Shown: positions 27,562 to 36,880, numbered from the stretch's first letter. The stretch: DNA of 64,000 bases from Actinomycetota bacterium (GCA_040757835.1 JBFLWJ010000006.1:66512-130511), one strand, 5' to 3'. A program made the numbers and translations. The notes: generated from the sequence alone by a model not told the origin.

Positions 27562-30276
27562 TCACCGGCGGGTCCTGGCGGCCTTCCTGCTCCAGCCTGC
27601 CGTGCCCGCCAGGGATAGTAGTCCCAGGGTCAGGCCCAGCATGAGCAGGGCGGCGCCGCTGCCCGCCCCGCAGGGTGAGGTCACGGTGAAGGCACCGGGC
27701 AGACGGGCCTCCTGGCCGTCGGGGTTCACCACCACCACGTCGTACGCACCCGGCTCGGCCCCGAAGGCGCCCACGGTGCAGGTGATCTGGTTCTCCGAGA
27801 TCACATTTACGTTGTAGGCGTTCAGCACCGCCGCGCCCTTCTCCAGGCGTACGCCGGCTCCGGGCTGGAACCCACTGCCTGCGATCTGCAGATCCAATGC
27901 CCATGCGAATTGAGAGCCGGTGTTGGGGGCGACGGAGGTGACCGTGGGTGCGGGATTAACGTAGGGACCCGTAAAAGCGACTTCGTTCGAGTTACCGGAA
28001 GCCGTGGCCACCCTGACCTTGATGTTCCCGTTGGCGCCCGGCGGCACCTTGACCACGATCTCACTGTTCGACCAGGACAGGTATGCGGTTGCCCGAACAG
28101 CTCCGAAGAAGACCCCCGAGGAATCTATCGCTGCCCCGAAGTCGCAGCCGGTGATGGTAACGACGCTTCCGATATCGCCGGTGGCGGGGACCAGTGCCAC
28201 GATATCGGGCCTGGCGTCTCCACCATTGCTGGTCTTGAGGATAGTACCGCCTGTGCCGACGGCCCAGGCGGTGGATGAATCGACGGCCGAGATATCATTG
28301 AGGTTGAGACCGGTGCTGGACTGCTGCGATACCCAAGTGGCGGCGCCGTCACCGGTCTTGAATATGGTGCCGGCGCCCCCCACCACCCACGCCGTTCCCG
28401 TATCCACTGCGCATACATCGTTGAGGGTGACCGCCAGGTTCGAGGCCTGCGGAGCCCAGTAACCACCTCCATCATGGGTAACCAGGCCTCCGTACTGTGC
28501 CAGCACCACAAGACACAGGTAGTATTGGGGCGGGAAAGTAAAGGGGTCCTTCACTGCGAGTCCCGGCAGGGGGCTGTAGGAGATGTCCCTGCCAACGGCA
28601 ATGACATGATCGGCATCCGCTGCATCTATGCCGTTGAAGCCCTCGTTGTACGTTCCCAACTGGCTCGCCGACCAGTTCGCCCCCCCATCAGACGTCTTGA
28701 GGATTATCGGATAATAGGGGGCGTTCTCGAACGGAGGCGGCGTGTTGTAGAAGTTGCTGTAGGATTGGCTCAATGCTGCAGCCCAGGCCGTGTTGATATC
28801 GACCGCGCTCACGGAGGTCAAGGTGAGTTGCGTGGGCGATGCCTGGACGGTCCAAGAAGCTCCACCATTGACGGTCTTTACGATCGTTCCTTTCGATCCC
28901 ACCGCCCAGGCGGCGGAGGAATCCAGCGCAGATATACCGTTTATCTGGCCCCCTGATAAGAAATATTGCGGGGTCCAGCTCGACCCACCGTCTGTCGTCC
29001 TGTAGATAAAGCCTGTCCCGCTTGTCGCATCTCCCTCTCTTCCCACTACCCACAAGTCATTCGCATCGATCGCGCAGATGTCCAGGATGTGGGTGGTCGA
29101 TGATTCGTAAATAGTATCCCATGTAATCCCTCCGTCAATGGTCCTGAGGAGTATGCCCTCTCCTCCCGCCCATGCGACCTGCGGGCTGATCGCGGAGACG
29201 CAGTTCAGGTCCCTTGTCATCCCCATAGAGGTGTCGATCATCTCGAGCCAGCTGGCGCCGCCGTTCGAGGTCTTCAGGATAGTGCCGTTCGCGCCGACCG
29301 CCCAGGCCGTGGCCGCGCTCGCCGCATATACCGAATTGAGGTCGACCGCGACTGAACCTTGCTGCGACCATGTCATGCCACCGTCCGTGGTCCCCAGGAT
29401 CGTGCCACCATATCCCACGGCCCATGCCACTTGATCGTTCCAGGCACTCACCGAGAGCAGGGATTCGGTTCCCGTTCTCACCAGCTCCCAGGTCTCACCA
29501 CCGTCTTCGGTCTTGATCACCGCGCCGGAGTCCCCGATCGCCCAAGCCACGTTCAAATCTACCGCACAAACCTCTCGCAAGCCCGGAAGGTCCGTCGCCT
29601 GCATGACCCAGCTGTCTCCCCCATCCGCGGTCTTGAAGAGAGCCCCCGCCGAGCTGAAGAGTTCCCTCTGGGGGGTGACCGCCCATGCGGTGTTGGCATC
29701 CACCGCTGAGATGCTCGTTAAACCCATCCCGCTCGGGGTATCCTTGCGAACCCATGTATTCCCGCCGTCCGTGGTCTTCCAGATCATCCGGTTCATCAGG
29801 GTCCCGTACTCCGATCCCGCCACCCATGCAGTCATGCCGTCGACAGCGGAAACGGCCTCCGGCACTCCGGCACCGGTCTTCTGGACAACCCAGTCGACTC
29901 CACCGTTTGAGGTCTTGAGGAAGTCTCCACTACTGCTCACCGCCCAGACGTTATCGGAGTCCGCCGCCGCTATGCCACAGAGGTTATTCGCTGTTCCCGT
30001 TCCCTGCAGGTCCCAGGTCGCGCCCCCATCCACGGTTTTCAGGATGCTCCCGGATGCACCCGCTACCCAGGCGGTCGACTCGCTGACCGCACAGACCGCA
30101 TTCCTGCTGAGCCCGAAGTAATTCTCGCTCTGGTTGGTCCACCCCGAGCCGGGGTCGGCCAGGGCGCGGCCTCCGCCTGGGTCCGCTGATAGAAGGGCCG
30201 CAAATGACAGCAGGAAGAGCAGTATGGCCGAAGCGATAGTAACGGGCATGCTGATCGCTTTAGGGCGGGTTAGCAT
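27562..30276 (-). CDS. Larger exported BNR/YCF48-repeat protein with two IPT/TIG-like domains and the same C-terminal anchor
   Basis: More than 10 'AWAVG..G.ILKT.DGG..W' repeats; 'SWSNSEIVVKVP' IPT motif; same CGAGSGAALL tail; RBS AAAGGGGA before the ATG at 30276. Confidence 0.8.
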   Translation of the reverse strand: MLTRPKAISMPVTIASAILLFLLSFAALLSADPGGGRALADPGSGWTNQSENYFGLSRNAVCAVSESTAWVAGASGSILKTVDGGATWDLQGTGTANNLCGIAAADSDNVWAVSSSGDFLKTSNGGVDWVVQKTGAGVPEAVSAVDGMTAWVAGSEYGTLMNRMIWKTTDGGNTWVRKDTPSGMGLTSISAVDANTAWAVTPQRELFSSAGALFKTADGGDSWVMQATDLPGLREVCAVDLNVAWAIGDSGAVIKTEDGGETWELVRTGTESLLSVSAWNDQVAWAVGYGGTILGTTDGGMTWSQQGSVAVDLNSVYAASAATAWAVGANGTILKTSNGGASWLEMIDTSMGMTRDLNCVSAISPQVAWAGGEGILLRTIDGGITWDTIYESSTTHILDICAIDANDLWVVGREGDATSGTGFIYRTTDGGSSWTPQYFLSGGQINGISALDSSAAWAVGSKGTIVKTVNGGASWTVQASPTQLTLTSVSAVDINTAWAAALSQSYSNFYNTPPPFENAPYYPIILKTSDGGANWSASQLGTYNEGFNGIDAADADHVIAVGRDISYSPLPGLAVKDPFTFPPQYYLCLVVLAQYGGLVTHDGGGYWAPQASNLAVTLNDVCAVDTGTAWVVGGAGTIFKTGDGAATWVSQQSSTGLNLNDISAVDSSTAWAVGTGGTILKTSNGGDARPDIVALVPATGDIGSVVTITGCDFGAAIDSSGVFFGAVRATAYLSWSNSEIVVKVPPGANGNIKVRVATASGNSNEVAFTGPYVNPAPTVTSVAPNTGSQFAWALDLQIAGSGFQPGAGVRLEKGAAVLNAYNVNVISENQITCTVGAFGAEPGAYDVVVVNPDGQEARLPGAFTVTSPCGAGSGAALLMLGLTLGLLSLAGTAGWSRKAARTRR

Positions 30277-30583
30277 AGTGATCCCCCTTTCTTCGTCGGG
30301 CGAGCGCCTCATCGCTCTCCGGGGCAAAGCACCGGCAAGGCTTCGCCACATGAGCTAAGATTTCAACCCCACAATGCGCCCCATTACGCATTGGTAACAT
30401 ATATTTTAATTCGATGAGTTCGACCCGGCAACCTTACCGACAACTTATCGGGTTACCCCCTGCCCACGTGAACGGAAGCATGATGACGCGGGCGCCTGCC
30501 TGGACTGTTCGCTACCCTTGCGCGAACAAATAGCCTGTATTAATATGTTTAAAAGCGACATGGAGTCGGAAAAGGAGGTAGCC

Positions 30584-31156
30584 ATGAGTTGCGGGGAGGA
30601 ACACGAGGAAATGGGGAGGTATGCGGCGGAGAACCATTGTGCCGCCTGCTGCGATGAGCCGGGCGGACCGAGGCCCAACCCCCTAATCATGGCCTTGCGC
30701 TTCGCGGTCTTCGGGGTGGGTTGCCTGGTCGCGCTGGTGGGGATGATCAAAGAGAAGAAGTTCAAACACCTGGCTTTCTGGCTGGGCTCCTGGGGCCTCT
30801 TCCTGACCTGGCCCCGCTACCTCATCTGTGCCCGCTGCGAGGGCTACGGCAATATGTGTTACTCCTATTACCTGGGCAAGTACACCTCGCTGCTTTTCCC
30901 CAAGGTGGAGGGAAAGGAAGTGGGCCCGCTGGGCTTCGGCATGGAAATCTTCTGTCTCGCCTCCATGTCCTGGACGCCCGCGCTGGCGCTGCGCAACGAC
31001 CGCAAACTGATGCTGCGCTACATGGCGATCATGCAGCTGGTCCTGCTCGGCCAGTTCTTCCACGCCTGCCGCTACTGCGCCGCACACTCCACCCAGGAGT
31101 GGAAGGACTCCTGCCCGAATCACCGTATCTGGAAGAAGCTGCTGAAGATCTCGTAG
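30584..31156 (+). CDS. Uncharacterised small membrane protein with Cys motifs
   Basis: RBS GGAGGT; about 4 TM segments; CARC, HACRYC, CPNH. Confidence 0.65.
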   Translation: MSCGEEHEEMGRYAAENHCAACCDEPGGPRPNPLIMALRFAVFGVGCLVALVGMIKEKKFKHLAFWLGSWGLFLTWPRYLICARCEGYGNMCYSYYLGKYTSLLFPKVEGKEVGPLGFGMEIFCLASMSWTPALALRNDRKLMLRYMAIMQLVLLGQFFHACRYCAAHSTQEWKDSCPNHRIWKKLLKIS

Positions 31157-31197
31157 GCGCGACCCCGCCCACGCGGACATTGATCCCGGCGTCCGCC

Positions 31198-31237
31198 ATA
31201 TGATGATATCATTTAGCTGATTATGATATCATCATAT
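31198..31237. promoter_or_regulatory. vapBC operator: perfect 15-bp inverted repeat
   Basis: ATATGATGATATCAT-10 bp-ATGATATCATCATAT immediately upstream of the antitoxin RBS. Confidence 0.75.
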
Positions 31238-31246
31238 CTGGAGGTG

Positions 31247-31504
31247 ATGTCGGTGGTCAGGACTGTCATCCAGTTGGACGAGAATCAGTATCGCGAGCTG
31301 AAGAGGATAGCGGGCGAGAGGAACAGATCGATGTCGGCATTGATAAGGGAAGGTGTTAACAAGATCATCCAGGGATCGTTAAGCCCCGAGGACATGAAGA
31401 GGCGTGCCCTGGAAGTAGCCGGCAGGCACCGTTCCGGCATCGCGGACCTGGCGGAAAAACACGACTCATACCTCGCTGAAGATTACGGGGAGAGAAAAGG
31501 GTGA
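31247..31504 (+). CDS. vapB: RHH/CopG antitoxin (VapB-like)
   Basis: 'RTVIQLDENQYRELKRIA..RSMSALIREGV', 'DLAEKHDSYL'; overlaps the PIN toxin by GTGA. Confidence 0.8.
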   Translation: MSVVRTVIQLDENQYRELKRIAGERNRSMSALIREGVNKIIQGSLSPEDMKRRALEVAGRHRSGIADLAEKHDSYLAEDYGERKG

Positions 31505-31899
31505 GGTGTTTCGCCGATACCTCAGCGCTCATAGCGCTTCTGAATGCCGACGATGAGCATCATGCCAGGGCAAGAGCAAGGTGGCAACGGCTGCTCACCA
31601 CGGACGCTTCCATGATCACCAGCAACTATGTCATCCTGGAGACCTTCATCCTCGCCCAGCACCGTCTCGGCATGCAGGCGGCCAGGGACTTCAACGACGC
31701 CGTTGTCCCGGTGCTCAACACGGCATGGATAACGGAGGAGGTTCACAACACGGCGGCGGCCTCGCTCATCATCTCCGGCAAGCGCAACCTCAGCCTCGTT
31801 GACTGCACCAGCTTCGAGATCTGCCGACGTCTGGGCATCGAGAACGCCTTCGCATACGACCGCCATTTCCGCGACCAGGGTTTCAAGCTCATAAACTGA
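31501..31899 (+). CDS. vapC: PIN-domain toxin (VapC)
   Basis: 'FADTSALIA', 'ILET', 'SLVDCTSF', 'AYDRHF'. Confidence 0.9.
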   Translation: MRCFADTSALIALLNADDEHHARARARWQRLLTTDASMITSNYVILETFILAQHRLGMQAARDFNDAVVPVLNTAWITEEVHNTAAASLIISGKRNLSLVDCTSFEICRRLGIENAFAYDRHFRDQGFKLIN

Positions 31900-31926
31900 G
31901 AGCCAAAAGGAGGCTCGCCCCCCGGC

Positions 31927-31978
31927 TTGCCATCTCCCGTGGAAGTGCTATGATGACTATAGTCATTGACTATAGTCA
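31927..31978 (+). promoter_or_regulatory. Promoter with tandem TetR operator palindromes
   Basis: TTGCCA-16 bp-TGcTATGAT; TGACTATAGTCA at 31954-65 and 31967-78. Confidence 0.75.
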
Positions 31979-32009
31979 TTGAAAGTCCTGGAGCGCCTCG
32001 AGGGGGACC

Positions 32010-32759
32010 ATGGGAGCGAGACCCAGCCAGCAGACGGCCCGGCAACCCGGCAAGAAAACGGCCCTCAAACAGGTGGGCGGCGAGACGGCCCGTCAGGGCA
32101 TGCCGGGAGAGAGGATATCGCGCAAGCAGCAGGCGGAGAACACCAGGCGCAAGGTGGCCGAGACGGCGCTGCGCCTCTACGCCAGCAGGGGCTTCGACCA
32201 AGTGGCCGTGGACGATATATGCCGCGAGGCGGGCGTCTCCAAGGGCACCTTTTACGTGCATTTCTCCTCGAAGGACCAGGTGCTGGTGGAGGAGTTTCTC
32301 GGGCTGGACCGCCACTATCTCGACTTCCTCCCCGAGACCGCAAGGACCGGCACGGCGACCGGCCGGCTGCTGGCCTTCGGAAGATACTCGTTGAGGCACA
32401 TCTCCAGCCTGGGCAAGGACTATATCAAGGCAGCCTATTCCAGCCAGGCCGCCCCCGGCCGCGGGCCGTCCCCCCTGGCATCGAGAGAGCGTGCCTCCTA
32501 CCTTATCGCGCTGCGGCTGGTCATGGAGGCGCAGGAAAGCGGGGAGTTGCGCCGCGACCTTTCCGCCGAGGAGATCACCCTGGCCCTGGTGCGCGCCATC
32601 CGCGGGGTGGTCATCGAGTGGTGCCTCCTGGACGGCGGTTTCGACCTGGAGCAGGCGGGCGGGCCGCTGCTGGAAATCATGCTGAACGGCCTGAAACCGC
32701 GGGAGGGAACGGCCACCAAGGGCAGGCCGGCATCTCCCGGGCGCAAAGGGAGGGGATGA
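32010..32759 (+). CDS. TetR/AcrR family regulator
   Basis: 'GFDQVAVDDICREAGVSKGTFYVHFSSKDQV' HTH. Confidence 0.92.
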   Translation: MGARPSQQTARQPGKKTALKQVGGETARQGMPGERISRKQQAENTRRKVAETALRLYASRGFDQVAVDDICREAGVSKGTFYVHFSSKDQVLVEEFLGLDRHYLDFLPETARTGTATGRLLAFGRYSLRHISSLGKDYIKAAYSSQAAPGRGPSPLASRERASYLIALRLVMEAQESGELRRDLSAEEITLALVRAIRGVVIEWCLLDGGFDLEQAGGPLLEIMLNGLKPREGTATKGRPASPGRKGRG

Positions 32760-33967
32760 ACGTGTCCTATAAGCTCACCGTACCGGGACAGGAGAAGGAG
32801 CTGCGGCGGTCCTTCGTGCGGGAGATCGCCCCCGACGTGTGGATGCTGGAGGGTTACATCAGCGACTACTTCCTGCTCAAGCCCGCCTCCTCCAACATCT
32901 TTATGCTCAGGGACGGCGACTCGATGCTGCTCCTGGACACCGGCACCTACCCGTTCTACCGCGAGCGCATGCTCGATCTCATGCGCCGTTATAAGGGAGA
33001 CGGAGTCAAGCGGGTGGACCTCATGCTCACCCAGGGCCACTTCGACCACGCCTCAAACAACGACGTCATACTCGAGAGCGGCCTGGAGTGGCGTTTCCTG
33101 CTGCAGGAGCCGGAGGTCAAGGTGCTCGATTATGCGAGCGACTGGATGGCGGACTTCCGCGACCTGGAGCAGCTCTACAACATCTATTCGCTCTTCGACG
33201 CTCGGGGCATAACCGCCCCGGTGAACCTGGCTTCGCGGGTCTCGGTGGGCCTGGCGCGCGCGGTGCTGCGGGCCAACTTCAAGCTCATGTTCATGGGCAT
33301 CGACTCCCTCTCCGGCCGGGCGACCATCCTGCCCAGCGCCGCCAAGGTGAAGCGCAGCTTCGGAACGGTGGAGCTGGAGGGATGGGAGGTGGGGCGTTTC
33401 TTCGCCATCCACGACGCCTCCCATACCGCGGGGCACATATCCCTCTACGACCCCGAGAACAGGCTGCTGCTGGCGGGAGACGTGACGGTGGAGATCAACC
33501 CCGCCTTCTACTACTCGTCCTTCGAGAGGTGCATCTCCACCTGCGGCCAGTTCCGCCGCATGGCCGAGGAGGGGTTCATAGAGCTGGCGACGGATTCACA
33601 CCGCAGCACCACCTTCTTCCCCGACGTCATGGACAGCCTGGGCCTCGCGCCCTTCGACGACATGGAGCTGGTGGACGTGGCGCGCGGGCAAGAGGAATGC
33701 GTGCGTTTCTTCGGGGCCTTCGAGGCTTTCTACTCGAACCTGCGGGACGATGTACTGGCTGCCCACGCGCGGGCGGGCGAAGCGACCATACCGGAGATCA
33801 CGGAAGAGCTGCGCTCCATCGACGAACCCGCCGTCAACCAGAGGAAGAAGATGAAGTTCCAGCGCATACCCGGCCGCCTGGACGTGCTGGTCGCGGTGGT
33901 GATCAAGGAGGCCGGCGCCGCAAGCCGCAGGGAGGGGGAGCGCGTGCTCTTCTCTCCCGCCGGATAA
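32756..33967 (+). CDS. Metallo-beta-lactamase-fold hydrolase
   Basis: 'LLDTG', QGHFDH (HxHxDH variant), HTAGH, AGD; real start is the ATG at 32756 (ATGA overlap with tetR), not 31979. Confidence 0.8.
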   Translation: MNVSYKLTVPGQEKELRRSFVREIAPDVWMLEGYISDYFLLKPASSNIFMLRDGDSMLLLDTGTYPFYRERMLDLMRRYKGDGVKRVDLMLTQGHFDHASNNDVILESGLEWRFLLQEPEVKVLDYASDWMADFRDLEQLYNIYSLFDARGITAPVNLASRVSVGLARAVLRANFKLMFMGIDSLSGRATILPSAAKVKRSFGTVELEGWEVGRFFAIHDASHTAGHISLYDPENRLLLAGDVTVEINPAFYYSSFERCISTCGQFRRMAEEGFIELATDSHRSTTFFPDVMDSLGLAPFDDMELVDVARGQEECVRFFGAFEAFYSNLRDDVLAAHARAGEATIPEITEELRSIDEPAVNQRKKMKFQRIPGRLDVLVAVVIKEAGAASRREGERVLFSPAG

Positions 33968-33980
33968 CAGGGAGGTAGGG

Positions 33981-34823
33981 ATGGGTCTGTTCAAGAAGCT
34001 GAGGGTCTGGGAACTCTTCGGCAGGATGATGAACTCCCCCGTGGGCACCAGGTTCATAGACACGTTCCGCAAGCTGGTGGAAAAGGCCATGAGGCTGATA
34101 GCGGCGGGCAAGAGAGAAGAACCGCCCGCTTTCACGCCATGGCGGAAGCCGCTGGCGGAGGCCCGGGTCAGCCTCATCACCACCGCCGGCGTGCACCTGG
34201 CCGAGCAGGAGCCCTTCGACACCGGCGCCGCCCTGGGTGATTCCAGCTACCGTCCCGTCCCGTCCGGTTGCGACGTGCGTTCCCTGTGCATCTCCCACAC
34301 CCATTTCCCGCTGGAGCGCGCGCAGGCGGACATCAACGTCATCCTGCCCATCGAGCGGCTGCGGGAGCTGGCCGGGGAGGGCGTCATCGCTTCCGTGGGC
34401 GAGCACCACTACTGTTTCGGTTTCGACCTCCACGTGAAGGAACTGGTGGACCCCGCCACGGGGACCGCCCACGAGATCGCGCGCGCGCTCAGGGATGACG
34501 GCGTGGACGTGGTGCTGCTCACCCCCGGCTGACCCATGTGCAACCGGGCCGTGAGCCTTATCGCGCGCGTGGTGGAATCCTACGGCATCTGCACCGTGTC
34601 TCTCTCCCTCAACCGCGAGTTGTCGGAGATGATCGGCGCCCCGCGCACCCTCTACCTGCGCTATCCTTACGGCGCTCCCCTGGGGGAGCCGGGCAACGTC
34701 AACCAGCAGAGGGCCATCCTCAAGGACATGTTCGCGGCGCTGGAGACCATCAGGGAGCCGGGGACCATCATCGACCTGCCCTACCGCTGGCGCCGCGACA
34801 CCTTCGCGCCGGTGAGCTTCTAG
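33981..34823 (+). CDS. Glycine/sarcosine/betaine/D-proline reductase selenoprotein B (GrdB/PrdB)-like protein with in-frame UGA (Sec)
   Basis: ORFs 33981-34532 and 34536-34823 are in the same frame and read LLTPG-U-PMC-NRAVSLIAR; GrdB/PrdB-like motifs 'LITTAGVH', 'DINVILP', 'APRTL', 'YGAPLG'; SECIS-like hairpin after the UGA. Confidence 0.85.
34534..34572 (+). promoter_or_regulatory. Candidate bacterial SECIS element
   Basis: CCAUGUGC/GCGCGUGG lower stem, GGGC/GCCU upper stem, G-containing loop CGUGA starting 18 nt after the UGA. Confidence 0.5.
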
Positions 34824-34880
34824 CTGCTATGCTTGTGGTGGACGGACGTACCGGGTGCATTACGGGTAATATAGCGGGGG

Positions 34881-35546
34881 GTGAAGTTGAAGAACAACGG
34901 ATTAAACGCTTTCTCGTCCTGGAGCGGGGGCAAGGATTCCTGCCTCGCCCTGCACCGCTCGCTGGCCGGCGGCAACGCCGTCACCGTTCTCCTCACCATA
35001 CTGCACGAGAGCGGCGGGTTCCTGCGCACCCACGGCACGCCCAGGGCGCTTATCCAGCGCCAGGCGGAATCCCTGGGCCTCTCCATCCGTTTCGGGAATT
35101 CCACCTGGGAAGGCTACGAATCGGCGTTCAAAGAGGAGATCGCCGGACTCAAGGCGGGCGGAGTCGGAGCCGGCGTCTTCGGGGATATCGACCTGGCCGA
35201 GCACCGCGAGTGGATAGAGAGGGTATGCGCGGAGGTGGAGATCGAGCCCCTGCTCCCGCTGTGGGGCGAGAAGAGGGGTGATCTGGTAGCGGAGTTCATC
35301 GACCTCGGCTACCGGGCGATGATCATCTCGGTGCGCAAGGGCACCTTGTCGGGCGACTGGCTGGGAAAGACCCTTGACCGGCCGGCCTTGTCCGCCCTGG
35401 AGGAGCAAGGGGTGGACGCCGCCGGAGAGGGAGGCGAGTACCACACCTTCGTGTACGCGGGTCCGCTGTTCCGCCACGCGGTTGATCTCCGGCCGGGCGG
35501 GATAGAGGAAAGAGACGGCATGTTGCGGCTGCAGCTGGAGACGTAA
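34881..35546 (+). CDS. Diphthine-ammonia ligase (Dph6/DUF71)-like PP-loop ATPase
   Basis: SWSGGKDS, 'FGDI', 'PLW', 'GEGGEYHTFV..GPLF'. Confidence 0.88.
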   Translation: MKLKNNGLNAFSSWSGGKDSCLALHRSLAGGNAVTVLLTILHESGGFLRTHGTPRALIQRQAESLGLSIRFGNSTWEGYESAFKEEIAGLKAGGVGAGVFGDIDLAEHREWIERVCAEVEIEPLLPLWGEKRGDLVAEFIDLGYRAMIISVRKGTLSGDWLGKTLDRPALSALEEQGVDAAGEGGEYHTFVYAGPLFRHAVDLRPGGIEERDGMLRLQLET

Positions 35547-35547
35547 T

Positions 35548-35652
35548 CCCAGCCTTGTGGGCTGCACCAGTTTCGAGATATTACGACGCCTGGGTATCGA
35601 GAGGGTTTTCGCCTTCGAAAGGCATTTTCACAATCAGGGATTTAAACCTTAG
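35548..35652 (+). pseudogene. C-terminal vapC fragment
   Basis: Reads PSLVGCTSFEILRRLGIERVFAFERHFHNQGFKP*, homologous to the end of the intact VapC at 31501; no start codon; catalytic Asp positions changed. Confidence 0.8.
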
Positions 35653-35785
35653 ACTGATTTCAACGCTAGCCTTGATTTCCATGTTAGTCTTCTTAATCAG
35701 CTGCAATGCTATATTTATCACTATCCACCAGTATAATTATATTAGTTGTCTTTGGGGCATTCGACACGTGAGAGGGAAACGGGCT

Positions 35786-36009
35786 ATGCAGTATCTAGCG
35801 CATTCTGAGAACGAGTTACATGAGGTGCATGAGAAAGATCTGGATATACCCCATCTCGGCAAAGCGGCAGCTACAAGATATACAAGTCCTCCACGGGCAA
35901 GCGAGTGACAGTTCCTTTTCACTCGGGAAAAATCCTCCACCCCAAAATATTGAGGAATATACTTCGAGATATGGGTTTGACGGTCGAGGAATTCAAAAAA
36001 CTTCTCTAG
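35786..36009 (+). pseudogene. hicA: Frameshifted hicA toxin
   Basis: Frame 35833-36009 reads ERSGYTPSRQSGSYKIYKSSTGKRVTVPFHSGKILHPKILRNILRDMGLTVEEFKKLL*, preceded by an in-frame TGA; GSH His replaced by Tyr; no hicB seen. Confidence 0.75.
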
Positions 36010-36025
36010 CTAGGAAAGCTATCCA

Positions 36026-36880
36026 TCAGGGGATCTTCTCCACGCGGAAGGTGGTGCGCCATGGCGGGGTGCCGTGGCGCATGTAGACCACGCCGCTGCC
36101 GCGCAGCCCCAGGCTCTTGGCCTCACGGTAGACGTAGATGACCGCGTCGTGGGCGCGCGCCCCCAGCTCGGCCCCAGCGTTGTGCACGTGCATCTCCAGG
36201 TGGCGAGAGTCCAGGCCGGCCAGCCTCCCCACCTTGCGGGCGTCCACGTAACAGCGCTTCGACTTGAGCATGAGCCAGTCGCCGGCCTCGCGCGTCTGCA
36301 GCCTCAGGTCCTCTCCCTCCTCGCCCAGGCACTTTCCCGCCATGTCCACCTCCACGCAGCAGGAGTGGGCGCGCCGGAAACAGTAGTCGCCCACCGTCTC
36401 CGCGGTGATGTCCAGGTACCTCGACTTGAGGCCCGCGAAGTTGCCGATGCGCCTCGCCCTGATGGCCAGGCGGCGGTCCGGCGTCCCCTCGGCCTGCATG
36501 CCCACGTAGTCCAGGCCATCCGGTATGTCCAGCACCCCGCCGCCACGGCGGGAATACGACTCCACCCCCAGGCTGGTGAGATAGCCCACCGCTTCGCGCT
36601 GCCACTGCATGCGTAGCTGCAGGTAGTCGGAGGAGGCCTCGTTCATCAGGCGCAGCGCCAGGTCGACCACCTCCGCGTCGTCTCGCGCAGGCAGCGCGCG
36701 CCGCACGCGGGCCTTGGTGAGCTTGTCGCGGGAGCGCAGGTTGAGGAAGAAATCGGCCAGGGCGAACTCGCGGAAGCGCGCCTTGCGCGCCTCCTCCTCG
36801 CGGCGGTTGGCCTCCAGGATGTCCTCCAGGGACTCCCCGCTGCCCGAGAAGATCGGTTTGGGTAACTTCATATGCATCAC
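36026..36880 (-). CDS. Uncharacterised protein with six 18-residue Gly-anchored repeats (GXGXG/FwdC-like beta-helix)
   Basis: GNFAGLKSRYLDITAETV/GDYCFRRAHSCCVEVDMA/GKCLGEEGEDLRLQTREA/GDWLMLKSKRCYVDARKV/GRLAGLDSRHLEMHVHNA/GAELGARAHDAVIYVYRE. Confidence 0.65.
   Translation of the reverse strand: MMHMKLPKPIFSGSGESLEDILEANRREEEARKARFREFALADFFLNLRSRDKLTKARVRRALPARDDAEVVDLALRLMNEASSDYLQLRMQWQREAVGYLTSLGVESYSRRGGGVLDIPDGLDYVGMQAEGTPDRRLAIRARRIGNFAGLKSRYLDITAETVGDYCFRRAHSCCVEVDMAGKCLGEEGEDLRLQTREAGDWLMLKSKRCYVDARKVGRLAGLDSRHLEMHVHNAGAELGARAHDAVIYVYREAKSLGLRGSGVVYMRHGTPPWRTTFRVEKIP

Noticed and set aside
30427-30457. GGUAACC/GGUUGCC hairpin resembling a c-di-GMP-I 3' end
   Set aside because: No GCAAAC/GAAA P1-P2 or GACGCAAAGC core upstream; it is a simple hairpin only.
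31979-32755. N-terminal 259 aa of the 662-aa ORF
   Set aside because: Off-frame overlap with tetR; the MBL hydrolase starts at 32756 with its own RBS.
35555-36086. ORFs 35555-35908, 35737-35940 and 35820-36086
   Set aside because: Wrong-frame readings across the vapC and hicA remnants.
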